NCBI RefSeq assembly: GCF_004010195.1
Contig: NC_057753.1
Location: 4,570,900-4,622,178, forward strand
DNA length: 51,279 nucleotides
Direction: 5' to 3'
DNA from: Chiloscyllium plagiosum
Taxonomy: Eukaryota
Part shown: positions 1 to 11,640 of the stretch, piece after piece
How the letters are laid out: each line of letters opens with the position of its first letter
How positions within the stretch are numbered: the first letter of the stretch is position 1
Translations under genes and position numbers: made by a program
Notes under the pieces: generated by a model
Told to the model about the DNA's origin: nothing
The model's database searches: none
What the model saw: only the letters and a program-made list of their open reading frames with translations

Positions 1-135
1 GAACAACACAGCAGATGGGGTGCCAGACTCAACCACATTCAAAAGGCAGTAGCTCCAGAAGAACAACTCATAAATGTATCAGCTTGGACTGAACTCCTGA
101 ATGACTCCGGGTTGGAAACAAACCCACTGTCATGT

Positions 136-300
136 GAGGAGAAAGTGAGGACTGCAGACACTGGAGATCAGAGCTGAAAATGTGTTGCTGGAAAAGCGCA
201 GCAGGTCAGGCAGCATCCAAGGAGCAGGTGAATCGACGTTACGGGCATGAGCCCTTCTTCAGGGCTTATGAAGAATGGCTCATGCCCGAAACATCGACTC
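136..300. mobile_element. Penelope terminal-repeat fragment with two back-to-back degenerate hammerhead cores
   Basis: Same motif as the 3' ends of the Penelope fragments at 8520 and 25225; inverted repeat centred near 265. Confidence 0.7.
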
Positions 301-1379
301 TGGATGACAGTGGGGTATGTAGGGGGGGGGTGTCAATGCAGGTGAGTGGCATTGGTGGGGGTTGAAGTGGTAAACATGACAGTTGGGGGTGGAAGTCACT
401 GAGCACATGACCTCAGTGAGGGGCAGAAGTGATGTCACGTGTGGTGCATGAGGAATTAAGGGGTGGAAGTGGCTGTGGGAGCAGAAGTGACATCAATCAG
501 CGTGGGGATGGTGGCTGCACAAGCCACATGGCTAATGGTGTCCGAATAGTTCCAGAAGCTGGGGGGAATCTACTGGCATGTTTGAGTGCTGGTTATGGAG
601 GTGAGTAGATAAGTTTGTTGTACTTAGTTTTTGATGTTTGAGATGGTATTGAAATACTGTGGAGACTGAACTCTCCTGAGAATGTAGTACAGAAGGGGTC
701 CTTTGCAGTTCTGTGTGGCTCTCAGCTGAGGCAGGGCTGACTGTAGCAGTGTTTAATGAAGCTGGAAACCAAGGGGTTTGGTGAGAGCCACAGGGCTGTA
801 GACACTAACTCAGTCACTTCAAAGTGAGCAGTTGCTGGAAGTCTGCTATTGCAACTTTAGCATATTTTCCTTGCCTACCTTTTTACCAATGTGGTTATTG
901 AGAACCAGAACAAGAGGTCCACTCTCCAAGGAGATGGGTAATTCTTTAACTCTTACAGATAGTGTACAACATGGGGGGGCGGAAATGTTAGCTCAATCAC
1001 TTTCTCCAGGGGGATCCAACATTTAGGGTTTGGGGGGGGGGGGGGATATGGGCCAGGTGCTGACAGGTGGTACGAGTTTGCTTGCATTGGGTTATCTGGT
1101 CAGCATAGACAAATTGGACCAAAGGGTTTGTTTCTGGGCTGTCCATCTCCAGCCCTTAAACTGGGTAAGTGGGAGAGGGTGGTGAGTGTCCTGGAACAGG
1201 AATTAAATTGAAGTGATTTAAGGCAATGGAATGTTGTCCACCTAAAAGGTGGATCAGACCACAACGGTGCGTGCGCGCAAGTCTAAAAGTTGGGGGGAAA
1301 AAATCCTGTGAAATTTAAACAGGATGCATAGCCTCAGAATGAAGGGGTGCAATGTGAAGACTGAAATGGGGAATTTGAG

Positions 1380-1807
1380 GGTTGAGTCTTAGATGTCATT
1401 GTTAGAGAGCTGTGGGGTGTAGACCCTCTTGTGGATATAAGGCTGCAATAGGTAAATTGTTGACCAGGGGAATGAAGGGTTATACAGCACAGCTCCTTTT
1501 GGCCCATTGTTGCGCTGACCTGTGAAACCAATCCGAAGCCCACCTAACCTACCCTAATCCATTCTTGTCCACATGCCTATCCAATGACCATTTGGTTGAG
1601 TTTTAGATGTCATTGTTAGAGAGCTGTGGGGTGAAGACCCTCTTGTGGATATAAGGCTGCAATAGGTAAATTGTTGACGAGGGGAATGAAGGGTTATACA
1701 GCACAGGTCCTTTTGGCCCATTGTTGTGCTGACCTGTGAAACCAATCCGAAGCCCACCTAACCTACCCTAATCCATTCTTGTCCACATGCCTATCCAATG
1801 ACCATTT
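1380..1807. repeat. 214-bp tandem duplication (2 copies)
   Basis: 1380-1593 is near-identical to 1594-1807; paired ORFs are offset by 214. Confidence 0.95.
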
Positions 1808-2500
1808 AAATGCCCTTCAAGTTGGCATGTCCAGTGTGTTGCAGGCAGGGTGTTCCACACCCCTAATGAGGAAAGAAACTACCCTCTGACATCTGTCCTA
1901 TATCTATCACCCTGCCCCAATTTAAAGCTGTCCCCTCATGCTAGCCATCACCATCTAAGGAAAAAGGCTCACCGTCCAACCTATCTAACCCTCTGATTAT
2001 CTTTTGTCTCAATTGAGTCGCCTCTCAATCTCTCTAACAAAAACAGCCTCCAGTGGATGGCACAGTGGTTAGCACTGCTGCCTCACAGCACCAGAGACCT
2101 GGGTTCAATTCCCGCCTCAGGCAACTGACTGGAGTTTGCACGTTCTCCGTGTTTGCGTGGGTTTGCTCCGGTTTCTTCCCACAGTCCAAAGATGTGCAGG
2201 TCAGGTGAATTGGCTGTGCTAAATTGCCCATAGTGTTAGGTAAGGGGTAAATGTAGGTGGATGGGTGGGTTGCGCTTCGGCGGGTCGGTGTGGACTGGTT
2301 GGGCCGAAGGGCCTGTTTCCACACTAATGTAATCTAATCTAATCCCCTCAGCCTTTCCTCTAACCTCTTCCTGCCATATCCCCTAGTAAATCTCCTCTGA
2401 ACCCTTTCCAAAGCTTCCACATCCTTCCTATAATGCAGTGACCAGAACAAAATACTATAATCCAAGGCTGGCTGCACCAGGGCTTCATACAGCTGCAGCA
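1480..2500 (-). mobile_element. CR1 LINE 3' fragment, split by the SINE and partly duplicated
   Basis: Minus-strand peptide LDYSILFWSLHYRKDVEALERVQRRFTR. Confidence 0.8.
2057..2343 (+). mobile_element. HE1-type V-SINE inserted in a CR1 fragment
   Basis: tRNA-like A/B boxes (tggcacagtggttagc, gggttcaattccc), V core ggagtttgcac...ccaaagatgtgcagg and (aatct)n tail. Confidence 0.9.
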
Positions 2501-2604
2501 TTTGCTGAATCTGGTGCATGTCTCCAAGGAAGGCAATGGTGTAGTGGTCTTGTCACTGCCTTGGTCATCCAGCAGCCTTGAGCATGTTTTGAAAGCTGAG
2601 GTAC

Positions 2605-3232
2605 TGTTATGAAGATGTGGGTGTACTCTACCTTTGAAGAGCTTAGAAGCTAGCAGAACTACCTGACACCAAGTGTTAAGGTAACAATGTAGCATGTGGC
2701 TGAAAACTAGATTAGCTGGGAATTACAACAGATTTGAATTAGGCCAATCAGTTTAAATTATACACTGAAATACCAAACTCTCAAGTTTAGCTTTTAAGTT
2801 TGTTAATATACTCAATTCAATGACTAAATTTGCTTTGGGGGGGTGGGGTATAAGACCAGGAAAATTGAACAATTGGGAGGAGATCTGCCAAGCCACCAGC
2901 ATGTAGACAACCTGAAAAGTGACTCTCAAAGGTACCTTTATCAATCAGTAACCCCTCAAATAAAATCTCCAAGACAGGAATAGAGGAACTGAAACCTGTC
3001 CAGTTGAGAAGTTACATTATGAAAATCTTAAACCCCCAGCTGCCAAATTCTTGGACAAGTATTATAGAAGGGAAGGTTAGAGGAAGTTGTAAATAGTTGG
3101 TTATTCTCTATACTTTAAGAAAATTAGTTTTTGCTTTTTAAAGTTCTTGGCCTGTTGAGTTCAGATCACTGCACAAGATCAATCTTGTGTTGCTGGCTCA
3201 AGCTAAGAAGGAGGGTTGACCCTGTCATAACA
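2605..3232 (+). mobile_element. Probable solo LTR
   Basis: 8-bp inverted termini TGTTATGA...TCATAACA, TATA-like motif near 2849, AATAAA near 2958. No clear TSD. Confidence 0.5.
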
Positions 3233-3854
3233 CTAGCAGGGTAGGCATTCAATTCATACAGGAATGAGGGTGGCTGAATTGCAAAGTGACCACTTAACTG
3301 TCATTCAAAAACCCATTTGCTTCACCATTGTGGAGAACAAGAAGCAGTAATATCTATTTTCTGCCAAATACCTGTTTGTTCTCGGTTGCAATTTTTGTAA
3401 ACTTCTTCTCTACCCTGCAAGGGTAGTGCAGGGATGAAGACTTCAGTTTGAGGCTAGATCAGCTCTCTGACTCTTGTTGGACAGGAGGTGGAGATCTGAG
3501 ATGCCCAAACAGTGGGCTGGATGGTGGGGTTAACAAATATTGGAGAAACTCCAGTGTCTACTGAGGGTGAAGAGTTAATTGAGTACTGTGACCCTTCAGA
3601 ATTAGCCTTTTCCTTTCTAAGGAACAAGAGGGCATAGATTGTACAAGCAAATGGGAAGGTGATGTGATGCATGAGGTCTATAATGTATTGGAGGGAGATT
3701 CACTTGAGGGACACTGGCTTTTACTGGCCAAAACCTGTACTGTTCAGGGATATAGGAAAGGCCCAATTAGCATGGTGGCATTCCGGACTGACTCTATGGC
3801 TGAGTGGCCTCTTGCATTGCAATGGATAATTCCCTAGTGGGGATAATTCCCTAG

Positions 3855-4128
3855 TGGGGAAACAGGACCTTCAGCCCAACCAGTCCACACCAACCCTCCA
3901 AAGAGTAACCCACCCAGTCCCATTTCCCTCTGACTAATACACCTAACACTGGATAATTTAGCATGGCCAATTCACCCTAACCACCATCTTTGGACTGTGG
4001 GAGGAAACCAGAACCAACTCACCCAGACACTGGGAGAATGTGCAAACTCCAGTCTCCCAAGACTGGAATTGAACCTGGGACCCTGGTACTGAGGCAGCAG
4101 TGCTAACCACTGAGCCAGCGTGCTGCCC
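3855..4128 (-). mobile_element. HE1-type V-SINE
   Basis: Reverse complement of the SINE head and V core. Confidence 0.9.
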
Positions 4129-4359
4129 TGATGGTGGCTGTGGTTAGCATTGCTGCTTCTCAGCACCAGGTTCACATTTGTGGTAAATGTTAGAAATGAA
4201 GCTTGCTAAATGGTAACTGCAACTACAGTCTATAGTCAATCACTGATTTCCTCTTTTTGGAAAAGTGTCAATTTCCTTCCTACTTGTGCATGTTCCTCTG
4301 GAGTTGAGGTTTTTAAACTACACTCCTGAAGTTCAGACTGCTAGTACCTTTATTTGACA

Positions 4360-4528
4360 AGTGGGGACTGTAGATGTTGGAGACCAGTCTGAGGGGTTGC
4401 TGGAAAAGCACAGCAGGTCAGGCAGTGTCTGAGGTGCAGGAGAATTCCTGTTGAAGGGCTTTTGCCTGAAATGTCACTTCTCTTGCTCCTTGGATGCAGC
4501 TTGACCTGCGCTCTTCAGCAACACTATC
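4360..4528. mobile_element. Palindromic Penelope terminal-repeat derivative
   Basis: Arms gttgctggaaaagcacagcaggtcaggcag and its degenerate reverse complement flank one mutated hammerhead core (4448-4475). Confidence 0.7.
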
Positions 4529-5070
4529 TCATTTATTCGGTGTGCCAAATCACTGGTCAGTGTTGGGTGGATGTCTTGAAATTCAAATGATTGAGCTTGT
4601 CAAGAACAGGAAGGAGTGCTTCTACACATCTGTAGATGCCCACAGGTGGTATATACTGGCATTTCTCTCTTTTTTTCAAGAAAAGTGCTGGCTAGATGAG
4701 TATTAGCAGCTCAGTGGTTGGCACTGCTGCCTCAAGTGCCAGGTACCTGAGTTCGATTCCAGCCACTGGGTGACTGTGCAAACTCCACACAGGCATTCTG
4801 TGTCTGTGGGGGTTTCCTCTAGGCAGAATGGGACAATCTGGCACTGGCCTTTTGGTGCCAATCACTTGGCCCTGTTTTGGTGCTCATTACTTTGGTGCTG
4901 AGCTGTTGGTGCCAATTCAGAACAAGTCTTGTAGAGCCTGTAAGAAATCTAATCCTTTTTCATTTGTTTTATAATGAATAAGGTAAAAATGTCTACACTT
5001 ATCTATATTATGGTTTGCGATATTTATCAAATGTGAAAATTTTGGTTTCTCTCTTGCTTAATGTTTTCAG

Positions 5071-5109
5071 AAAATTGGAAAGCTGTAATACAATGTGAAG
5101 GAAGACCGG
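5071..5109 (+). CDS. Candidate upstream exon of the TPX2-like gene (ENWKAVIQCEGRP)
   Basis: Good acceptor (ctctcttgcttaatgttttcag), weak donor G|gttaag, phase 1-1. Confidence 0.3.
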
Positions 5110-5606
5110 GTTAAGTATCAAAGCAGTAGATGACTAAACAATTGTTAAACAAGAAAATGATTACAAAACAAGATTTGAATCTACAGCAGGTCATTACAGC
5201 TTTGACTATCAACTCTTGCTCGTTGAGAAAATTACATCAGGTCATTAGACATCCCCTCCTTTAGCCAAACAAGACTTTTATTCTGAATTGGCACCAAAGT
5301 AATGAGTCAAAACTGTTTAGAGCCAAAACAGTGGGGCCAATTGATCGGTGCCAAAGTCTGACCCTCCTAGGTGCTCTGGTTTCTTCCCACAGTCCAAAGA
5401 TGTACAGGTCAGGGTGAATTGGCTGTGCCAAGTTCCCCATGGTGTTCAGGGAAGTGCAGGTTAGGTGCATTTAGTGTGGAATGGGTCTGCAGGGGATACT
5501 CTTGAAAGGGTTGGTGTGGACTTGCTCAGCCGAAGTGCCTGTTTCCCCACTGATTTGGATTCTAATTCAGACTTATTGATTATCCTCTCCCTCTTTTTTT
5601 TTTTAG

Positions 5607-5660
5607 AAAGTGACCTTCTACATGGAAACAAGTGTAGTCTGAGGTGTCTATGCACTCTCA
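5607..5660 (+). CDS. Candidate upstream exon of the TPX2-like gene (ESDLLHGNKCSLRCLCTL); 3' end uncertain
   Basis: Very strong acceptor (cctctccctc, long T run, ag). Donor A|gtactt is weak but gives phase 1, matching the 6194 exon. Confidence 0.3.
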
Positions 5661-6193
5661 GTACTTTCAGGAGGGAGCTCTAAGCTTTCCACCCATTGAC
5701 ATGGAAGGAATGTGTTTCCCAAGTCCAGCTGGGGAGGGACACTTGCTGGTGTCACCATGTATCTGCTGACCTACCCTTTGTGGATGGAAGTAGTCATGCA
5801 TTTGGAAGCTGTCCAAGGAGCATTGGTGACCTACTGTAATGACCATGGAGATAGTGTACACTTGTTACTGACACCACTTCCATCAGTGTCAACCAATCAG
5901 CTAGCTTTGGCCTGGCATTGAGCTTCACTTCACTGAGGCCCATGGGGAGTATCTCATCACACTCCTGACATCCACCTTCAGGAGATGGTGGACAGCATCT
6001 GGAATCTGGTTACTCGCTGTGGTAATCCTTGTCTCTAACTTGCTCTGGCCCTGTTACAGCTAGTCCAATGCCATTTCTGGCCAATGTTTGGGATTCTGAT
6101 TGAAATGCCCTGGAGTATCAGTAGATAGATCCGTGTCAATGCTGGACGTGGTCAGGCTGACTTTTTAAAATTTGTTTTGGCTTCTTTCCACAG

Positions 6194-6348
6194 GCTGCCA
6201 GCACAGGCAGAGGAACTCCTCATCCAGGAGACTGACCACCAACCAGCCAAATGGAAGAACCCTCTCCAGAGAGCACAGGAGGCCCAGGTTAGACCCAGCT
6301 TATAAAGAGTTCAACTTTGCCCAGGAGCTCCGCAAATACCCACCTTCA
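6194..6348 (+). CDS. Internal coding exon of a TPX2-like gene (CQHRQRNSS...LDPAYKEFNFAQELRKYPPS)
   Basis: Acceptor cttctttccacag|G, donor TCA|gtaagt, open frame, phase 1 to 0. YKEFNFAQELRKYPPS matches recalled human TPX2 [16 protein letters not shown]. Confidence 0.85.
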
Positions 6349-6595
6349 GTAAGTGATGCAGCATTTCTTTGGTTCCTCTTGATTCAATGCACTGCATTCA
6401 AGATGAGGGACAATCTATCTCCCTCTTTAAGATTGATTTGGATTAATCTCTAGCAGACTACATAATCAAGTCATTTGCCACGTCACTTTTCATACAATGA
6501 CCAGCCCAGTCTGACTATCACTAAGACTACAGTGACCCTCTAAGGTCCCCTCTCCCACCACCTCCTTGCATTTCCCATCTACCTAGCCTGCACAT

Positions 6596-7052
6596 AGTCA
6601 GATGTACAGCACAGAAACAGACCCTTCAGTCCAACCCGTCCACACCAACCAGATATCCCAACCCAATGTAGTCCCACCTGCCAGCACCTGGCCCATATCC
6701 CTCCAAACTCTTCTATTCATATATCCTTCAAATGCCTTTAGATGTTGTAATTGTACCAGCCTCCACCACTTCCTCTGCAGCTCATTCCATACACCTACCA
6801 CCCTCTGTTTGGAAAAAGTTGCCCCTTGGGTCTTATCTTCCCCTCTGACCCTAAACCTATGCCCTCTAGTTCTGGACTCCCTGACCCCAGGGAAAAGACC
6901 TTACCTATTTATCCTATCCATGCCCCTCATAATTTTGTAAACTGCTATAAAGGTCACCCCTCAGCCTCTGATGCTCCAGGGAAAACAGCCCCAGCCTGTT
7001 CAGCCTCTCCCTATAGCACAGGTCCTCCAACCCTGGTAACACCCTTGTAAAT
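6596..7052 (-). mobile_element. CR1 (HER1-like) LINE 3' end
   Basis: Minus-strand VWNEL...EGYMNR peptide and the 3' UTR shared with other copies. Confidence 0.9.
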
Positions 7053-7127
7053 TGAGGAACCCCACACAGACAATGGACTGGCATTTCTTGATTTGCCCCT
7101 CAAGAAACAAGTGCTGGCTTGACCAGT

Positions 7128-7385
7128 ATTGGTAGCACAGTGGCTGTGGTTGGCATATAGCCTCAGTGCCAGGGACCCAGGTTCAATTCCAGCTTCAGGT
7201 AACTGTGTGGAGTTTGCACATTCTGTCTGTGGGTTTCCTCTGGGTGCTCCAGTTTCCTCCCACAGTCCAAAGATGTGCAAGTTAGGGTGGATTGGCTGTT
7301 AAATTGCCCCATCGTGTTAGGTGCATTAGTCAGAGGGAAATGGGTCTGGGTGGACATATTGGGCCAAAGGGCCTGTTTAAACCCT
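7128..7385 (+). mobile_element. HE1-type V-SINE
   Basis: B box ggttcaattcc plus V core. Confidence 0.85.
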
Positions 7386-7874
7386 GTGTCGAGAATCTTT
7401 TCTTAAAAGAAACCAGATCTCTGAGCAATCTCCACACCAATCACCCAAAGGTGGAATTGAACCCAAATCCCTGGGTAACAGATCTTCTTTGCTAAAGAAT
7501 ATCTAGCTAGATAGTCACATAAATAGGCTGCAAAAACCTACAGTGAAGAAAACACTACCCCATTAAAATGGGGTCTTGACAGGAGCAAGGGTCAATACCA
7601 TCTGGGTTTTCTGTGATAGTATATGTATAGTGATTTGAGTAGATAAATATTAAGTTGTATGGGTACAAGTGAGGCCACACTTTCAGCACATTCCTGGACA
7701 CCAGGCAGGAGACTTTAAAATGGATATGATGTTTTCTACCAGATGGTTATGGCCACTGAGGTATCCTGCCACCAAGTTAAGAACTCTGCATTACATATCC
7801 ATCTCCTGATGGATGTTTCTCTATCGGACCTTGGCTCTTTCCTACAACAGAAACAACCCAACTTTCCTTCCACA

Positions 7875-8420
7875 GGGTGTTGAGTAAGAGTTAGCAGGTC
7901 ATCTTACTCCTGTAAGACTTTGGTTCAGCCATGTTTGGAATACTGTGTACAGTTCTGGTCACTACAATTCCCCAAAGGATGTGGATGCTTTGGTGAGGGT
8001 GCAGAGCAGGTTCACCAGGATGTTGCCTGGTGTGGAGGGTGCTAGCTACAAGGAGAGGTTGAGTAGATAAGCATTCCTTTCTTCCTTAGAAAGATGGGAG
8101 GGGGAAGAACCTGATTAAGGTCTACAAAATCAAGGTATAAACCGGGTGGATAGCAAGCAGCTTTTGCACAGTGGGGGACTTAATTACTAGGAACTGAGGG
8201 GAAGTTTAGGGGAGATAGGCAAGGCCTTTACGCAGAGGGTGGTGGTGGCCTGGAATGCATTTGCATTAGAGGTGGGCACTAGTGTCATTTTAAGATCTAA
8301 CTAGATAGATACATGAATAGGCAGGGAGCAAAGGGATACAGACCCTTAAATAGGGCAGGTTTGGATAGAGGACCTGGATCGACAGGCTTGAGGGCTGAAG
8401 GGCCTGTTCCTATGCTGTAA
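7875..8420 (+). mobile_element. Degenerate CR1 3' fragment
   Basis: LEYCVQFWS and RFTRMLPG-like coding remnants. Confidence 0.85.
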
Positions 8421-8519
8421 CTTATCCAGCCTATCTGCAGGGGCAAACTTCAATTTTGAAAACATTCCTGGATAAAATTGTAGATGCTGGAAATCCAATT
8501 GGAGGGGATCAGGATCCAG

Positions 8520-9158
8520 GCCTGATTAGAGTTGAAAAATGTTGCTGGAAAAGCACAGCAGGTCAGGCAGCATCCAAGGAGCAGGAGAATAGATGTTTCA
8601 GGCATAATTCCTTCAGGAATGAGCAAGGTGTGCCCAGCAGGCTAAGATAAAAGGTATGGAGGAGGGACTTGGAGGGGCATTGGGAATGCAATAGGTGGAA
8701 GGAGGTTAAGGTGAGGGTGATAGGCCAGTGGGGGTGGAGGGGTCAGGAAGAAGATCACAGGTCAAGGTGGTGCTGAGTCTGAGGGTTGGGACTGAAGGTG
8801 AAATGAGGAAGCTGGAGAAATGAGTTCATCCCTTGTGGTTGGAGGGTTCCCAGGCAGAAGATGAGGTGCTCTTCCTCCAGGTGTCGTGTTGCCATGTAGG
8901 CGGAAGATGAGGCGCTCTTCCTCCAGGCGTCATGTTGCCTTGGTCTGGCGATGGAGGGGACCAAGGTCCTGCATGTCCTTGGCGGAGTGGGAGGGGAAGT
9001 TAAAGTGTTCTGCCACGGGGCAGTTGGGTTTGTTGGTGTGGGTGTCCCAGAGGTGTTCTCTGAAACATTCCGCAAGTAGGCGGCCTGTCTCCCCAATGTA
9101 GAGGAGGCCACATCGGGTGCAGCGAATGCAATAAATGATGTGTGTGGAGGTGCAGGTG
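8520..9158 (-). mobile_element. Penelope-like element 3' part: GIY-YIG endonuclease remnant plus terminal repeat
   Basis: Minus-strand IIYCIRCTRCGLLYIGETGRLL...VAEHFN...LEEERLIF. Confidence 0.9.
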
Positions 9159-9230
9159 NNNNNNNNNNNNNNNNNNNNNNNNNNNNNNNNNNNNNNNNNN
9201 NNNNNNNNNNNNNNNNNNNNNNNNNNNNNN

Positions 9231-9920
9231 TTGGAAGTGAACTAAGATACTGGTAGGGAGACTTGCTCTAACTGCTCAAGTTGACTTTGACCAGTAAAAG
9301 GGCAGGGTGGGGACCCAGGGAGATCGAGGAAAGGTCTGTTTGAGACTGGTACAGTCAGGAAAGGAGTGAGGGCAGGCAGGGGCAAGGTCAAACAAGAGCT
9401 CTGATAGATTGAACTGTATTCTCTTCAATCGAAGAGGCCTACCAGGGAAGGCAGCTGAACTCTAGTCATGGTTAGGAACATGGGACTGAGATTTCCTAGC
9501 AATTAAATGTGCCTTGGGGAAGGACAGGACTGGCAGCTTAATGTTTCAATTTCCTTCCTATAGGAAGGATGAAGGGGGCAAGAGGGGAGGAGCACTTGTG
9601 ATTAGGGATAACATTACAGCTGCACTTTGGGAGGATATTCACAGGAACACATTCATGCAAATTAGTTGGGTGGAACTGAGAAATAAGGGATCACTTTATT
9701 GGGATTGTATTATAGACCCCTTATAGTCAGTGGGGAAATTCAAACAAATTTGTAACGAGAATTCTTATCTGTAAGAATAACATGGCTATGGAGTAGGATT
9801 TAACCTTCCAAATGTGTTCTAGGACAGCCAGTGTTAAGGGATTGGATGAATTGAAGTGTACAAATTTTGTTTCAGTATATGGATGTGCTTAGTAGAGAAG
9901 TCAATCTTCCTTGGGCAGGG
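9231..9920 (+). mobile_element. Degenerate CR1 ORF2 endonuclease region
   Basis: YRKDEGGKRGGALVIRDNITA...WVELRNKG. Confidence 0.8.
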
Positions 9921-10765
9921 CAATATAAATACTTGGTCAGTCACATCAACAGAGACAAACACCAGCGCTTTCTTCCATCAAACTTTCCTTTCTGGGATGG
10001 GGACATCACCAGCAAGGTAGTGTTTGACTGTTAGACACGAGTGGAAGTAATGCCATTCAGCCCAGCAAGTCCATTCCAACACTTAATCATAGCTGGGCAT
10101 TTCAACTCCACTCTCCCCATAGCCCTTAATTCTTCAAGAATGTATCTATCTCTGCCATGAAGACATGTCCCAGCCTCCCCTGCACTCTATGGCCGTGAAT
10201 TCCACAGGTCTACCACTCCCTGGCTGAAGAAAGGTCTCCTCCTCATTTCCGTTCTAAAATGACCCCCTCTAATTCCAAAGCTCTGCCCATTGATCCCAGC
10301 CTAATGGAAACAACTTCCCAGCATCCAGCTCTCAGCCAGTGTCTATCCCTTTCAGCTGTAATGTGGGGTGGGATGAGCTATTCTATATCACTGCAGTCAT
10401 CCACGAATAACCACCATGCTGTTAACAAGTTCCAGGAATTTGTAACCTCAGTGCCACTGAGTCAGCTTTAAGTCATGATGGTGAGGAGCTTTCTCTTATT
10501 TGGAAGATCCTATCAAACTTTGAGTTAGTGAATTCCTCATCGTCAAACTTCAGAGGCCATCTCCATCTCCAGGAGTTAATATTTGGTCACCTTTGTCTGT
10601 GTCTCTTGACATTGTTTGCCTTGGGTGTAAGTCACCTGAGGCTGAACTCTAAGTGTGGCTATCAAATGGGCATGTCTTCCAGGCAGAAGACTGCTTCAAT
10701 CACTAAGTGCAAACTGCTCCTGCTCTCTCCTGATGTGTGCCTTCCCTCTTGCCTCCCTGCTGTAG

Positions 10766-10924
10766 ACTTACATTTTCCAGGGTTGCACTGTGCCAAAGCC
10801 ATTCAAACTATCTGGGCAATGGATCCAAAGGAAAGACATGGGGACACCATTCGTGCCAATGGCTGAATTCATTAACAGATTCGAGTATCGAACTAGAGGA
10901 GGCAGAGCACAGTACAAGCACTGA
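10766..10924 (+). CDS. Last coding exon of the TPX2-like gene (TYIFQGCTVPKPFKLSGQWIQRKDMGTPFVPMAEFINRFEYRTRGGRAQYKH*)
   Basis: Long pyrimidine tract ending ctgtag|A; phase 0 matches the previous exon. GCTVPKPFKLS and FVPMAEFINRFEYRT match recalled TPX2 [11 protein letters not shown] and [15 protein letters not shown]. TGA at 10922-10924, donor CAG|gtacaa after 10932. Confidence 0.85.
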   Translation, partial: TYIFQGCTVPKPFKLSGQWIQRKDMGTPFVPMAEFINRFEYRTRGGRAQYKH

Positions 10925-10996
10925 GGTTCCAGGTACAACATCACTTCGCTTCACTTGTATCCACCTCCCAAGTAACTAGATGGATTGCCCCTTTTG

Positions 10997-11187
10997 GGTG
11001 GCCTGGTAGCTCAGTGGTTAGCACTGCTGCCTCAGCCCCAGGGACCTGGGTTCAATTCCAGCCTCTGTGGAATTTGCACATTCAGTATGGCCATAGTGTT
11101 AGGTGCAATAGTCAGAGGGAAATAGGGTCTGGGTGGGTTACCCTTCAGAGTGTGTGGACTGGTTGGGCCAAAGGGCTGTTTCCACAC
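10997..11187 (+). mobile_element. Internally deleted HE1-type SINE
   Basis: Head and tail present, much of the core missing. Confidence 0.8.
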
Positions 11188-11459
11188 CAGGGCGCGCTCG
11201 CTCGCTCTCGACAGCAAAGCCACTTTCTGACCAGCACATGGATGGTTGTGGCAACCTGGGAGGGGGGGAGGAGAGAAGAGAGTTTAGAATGAGGGAAAGC
11301 AGTTGAGTGACCTGTCACAGGTTACCAGCATGATTCAGGCGCTGGTCAGATTGCATTTGATCATTGTATCTCTTGCAAACTAGAGAAAAATGTGGCTGGC
11401 TCACTTAACAGGTCTGACATGTAGATTAGTCAAAGCGCACAACAGTTGCACACGAGGTT

Positions 11460-11640
11460 TAAGTGTTGCTGGAAAAGCGCAGCACGTCAGGTAGCATCCG
11501 AGGAGCAGGAGAATCAATGTTTTGAGCAATAAGGCCTTCGGGAATCTCTTGATTCTCCCGCTCGGATGCTGCCTGACCTGCTGAGCTTTTCCAGCACAAG
11601 TGTTGCCTCTGATCTCCATCTGCAGTCCCTGCTTTCTCTG
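11460..11640. mobile_element. Palindromic Penelope terminal-repeat derivative
   Basis: Inverted arms at about 11463-11515 and 11550-11597. Confidence 0.75.

Noticed and set aside
7830..7890. Apparent acceptors and a gtaaga donor in the TPX2-like intron
   Set aside because: The downstream part is CR1-derived, and the flanking exons already join in frame with TPX2-like spacing.
6194..10924. Assigning the symbol TPX2
   Set aside because: The early stop and divergent flanks point to a paralogue; orthology cannot be established without a search.
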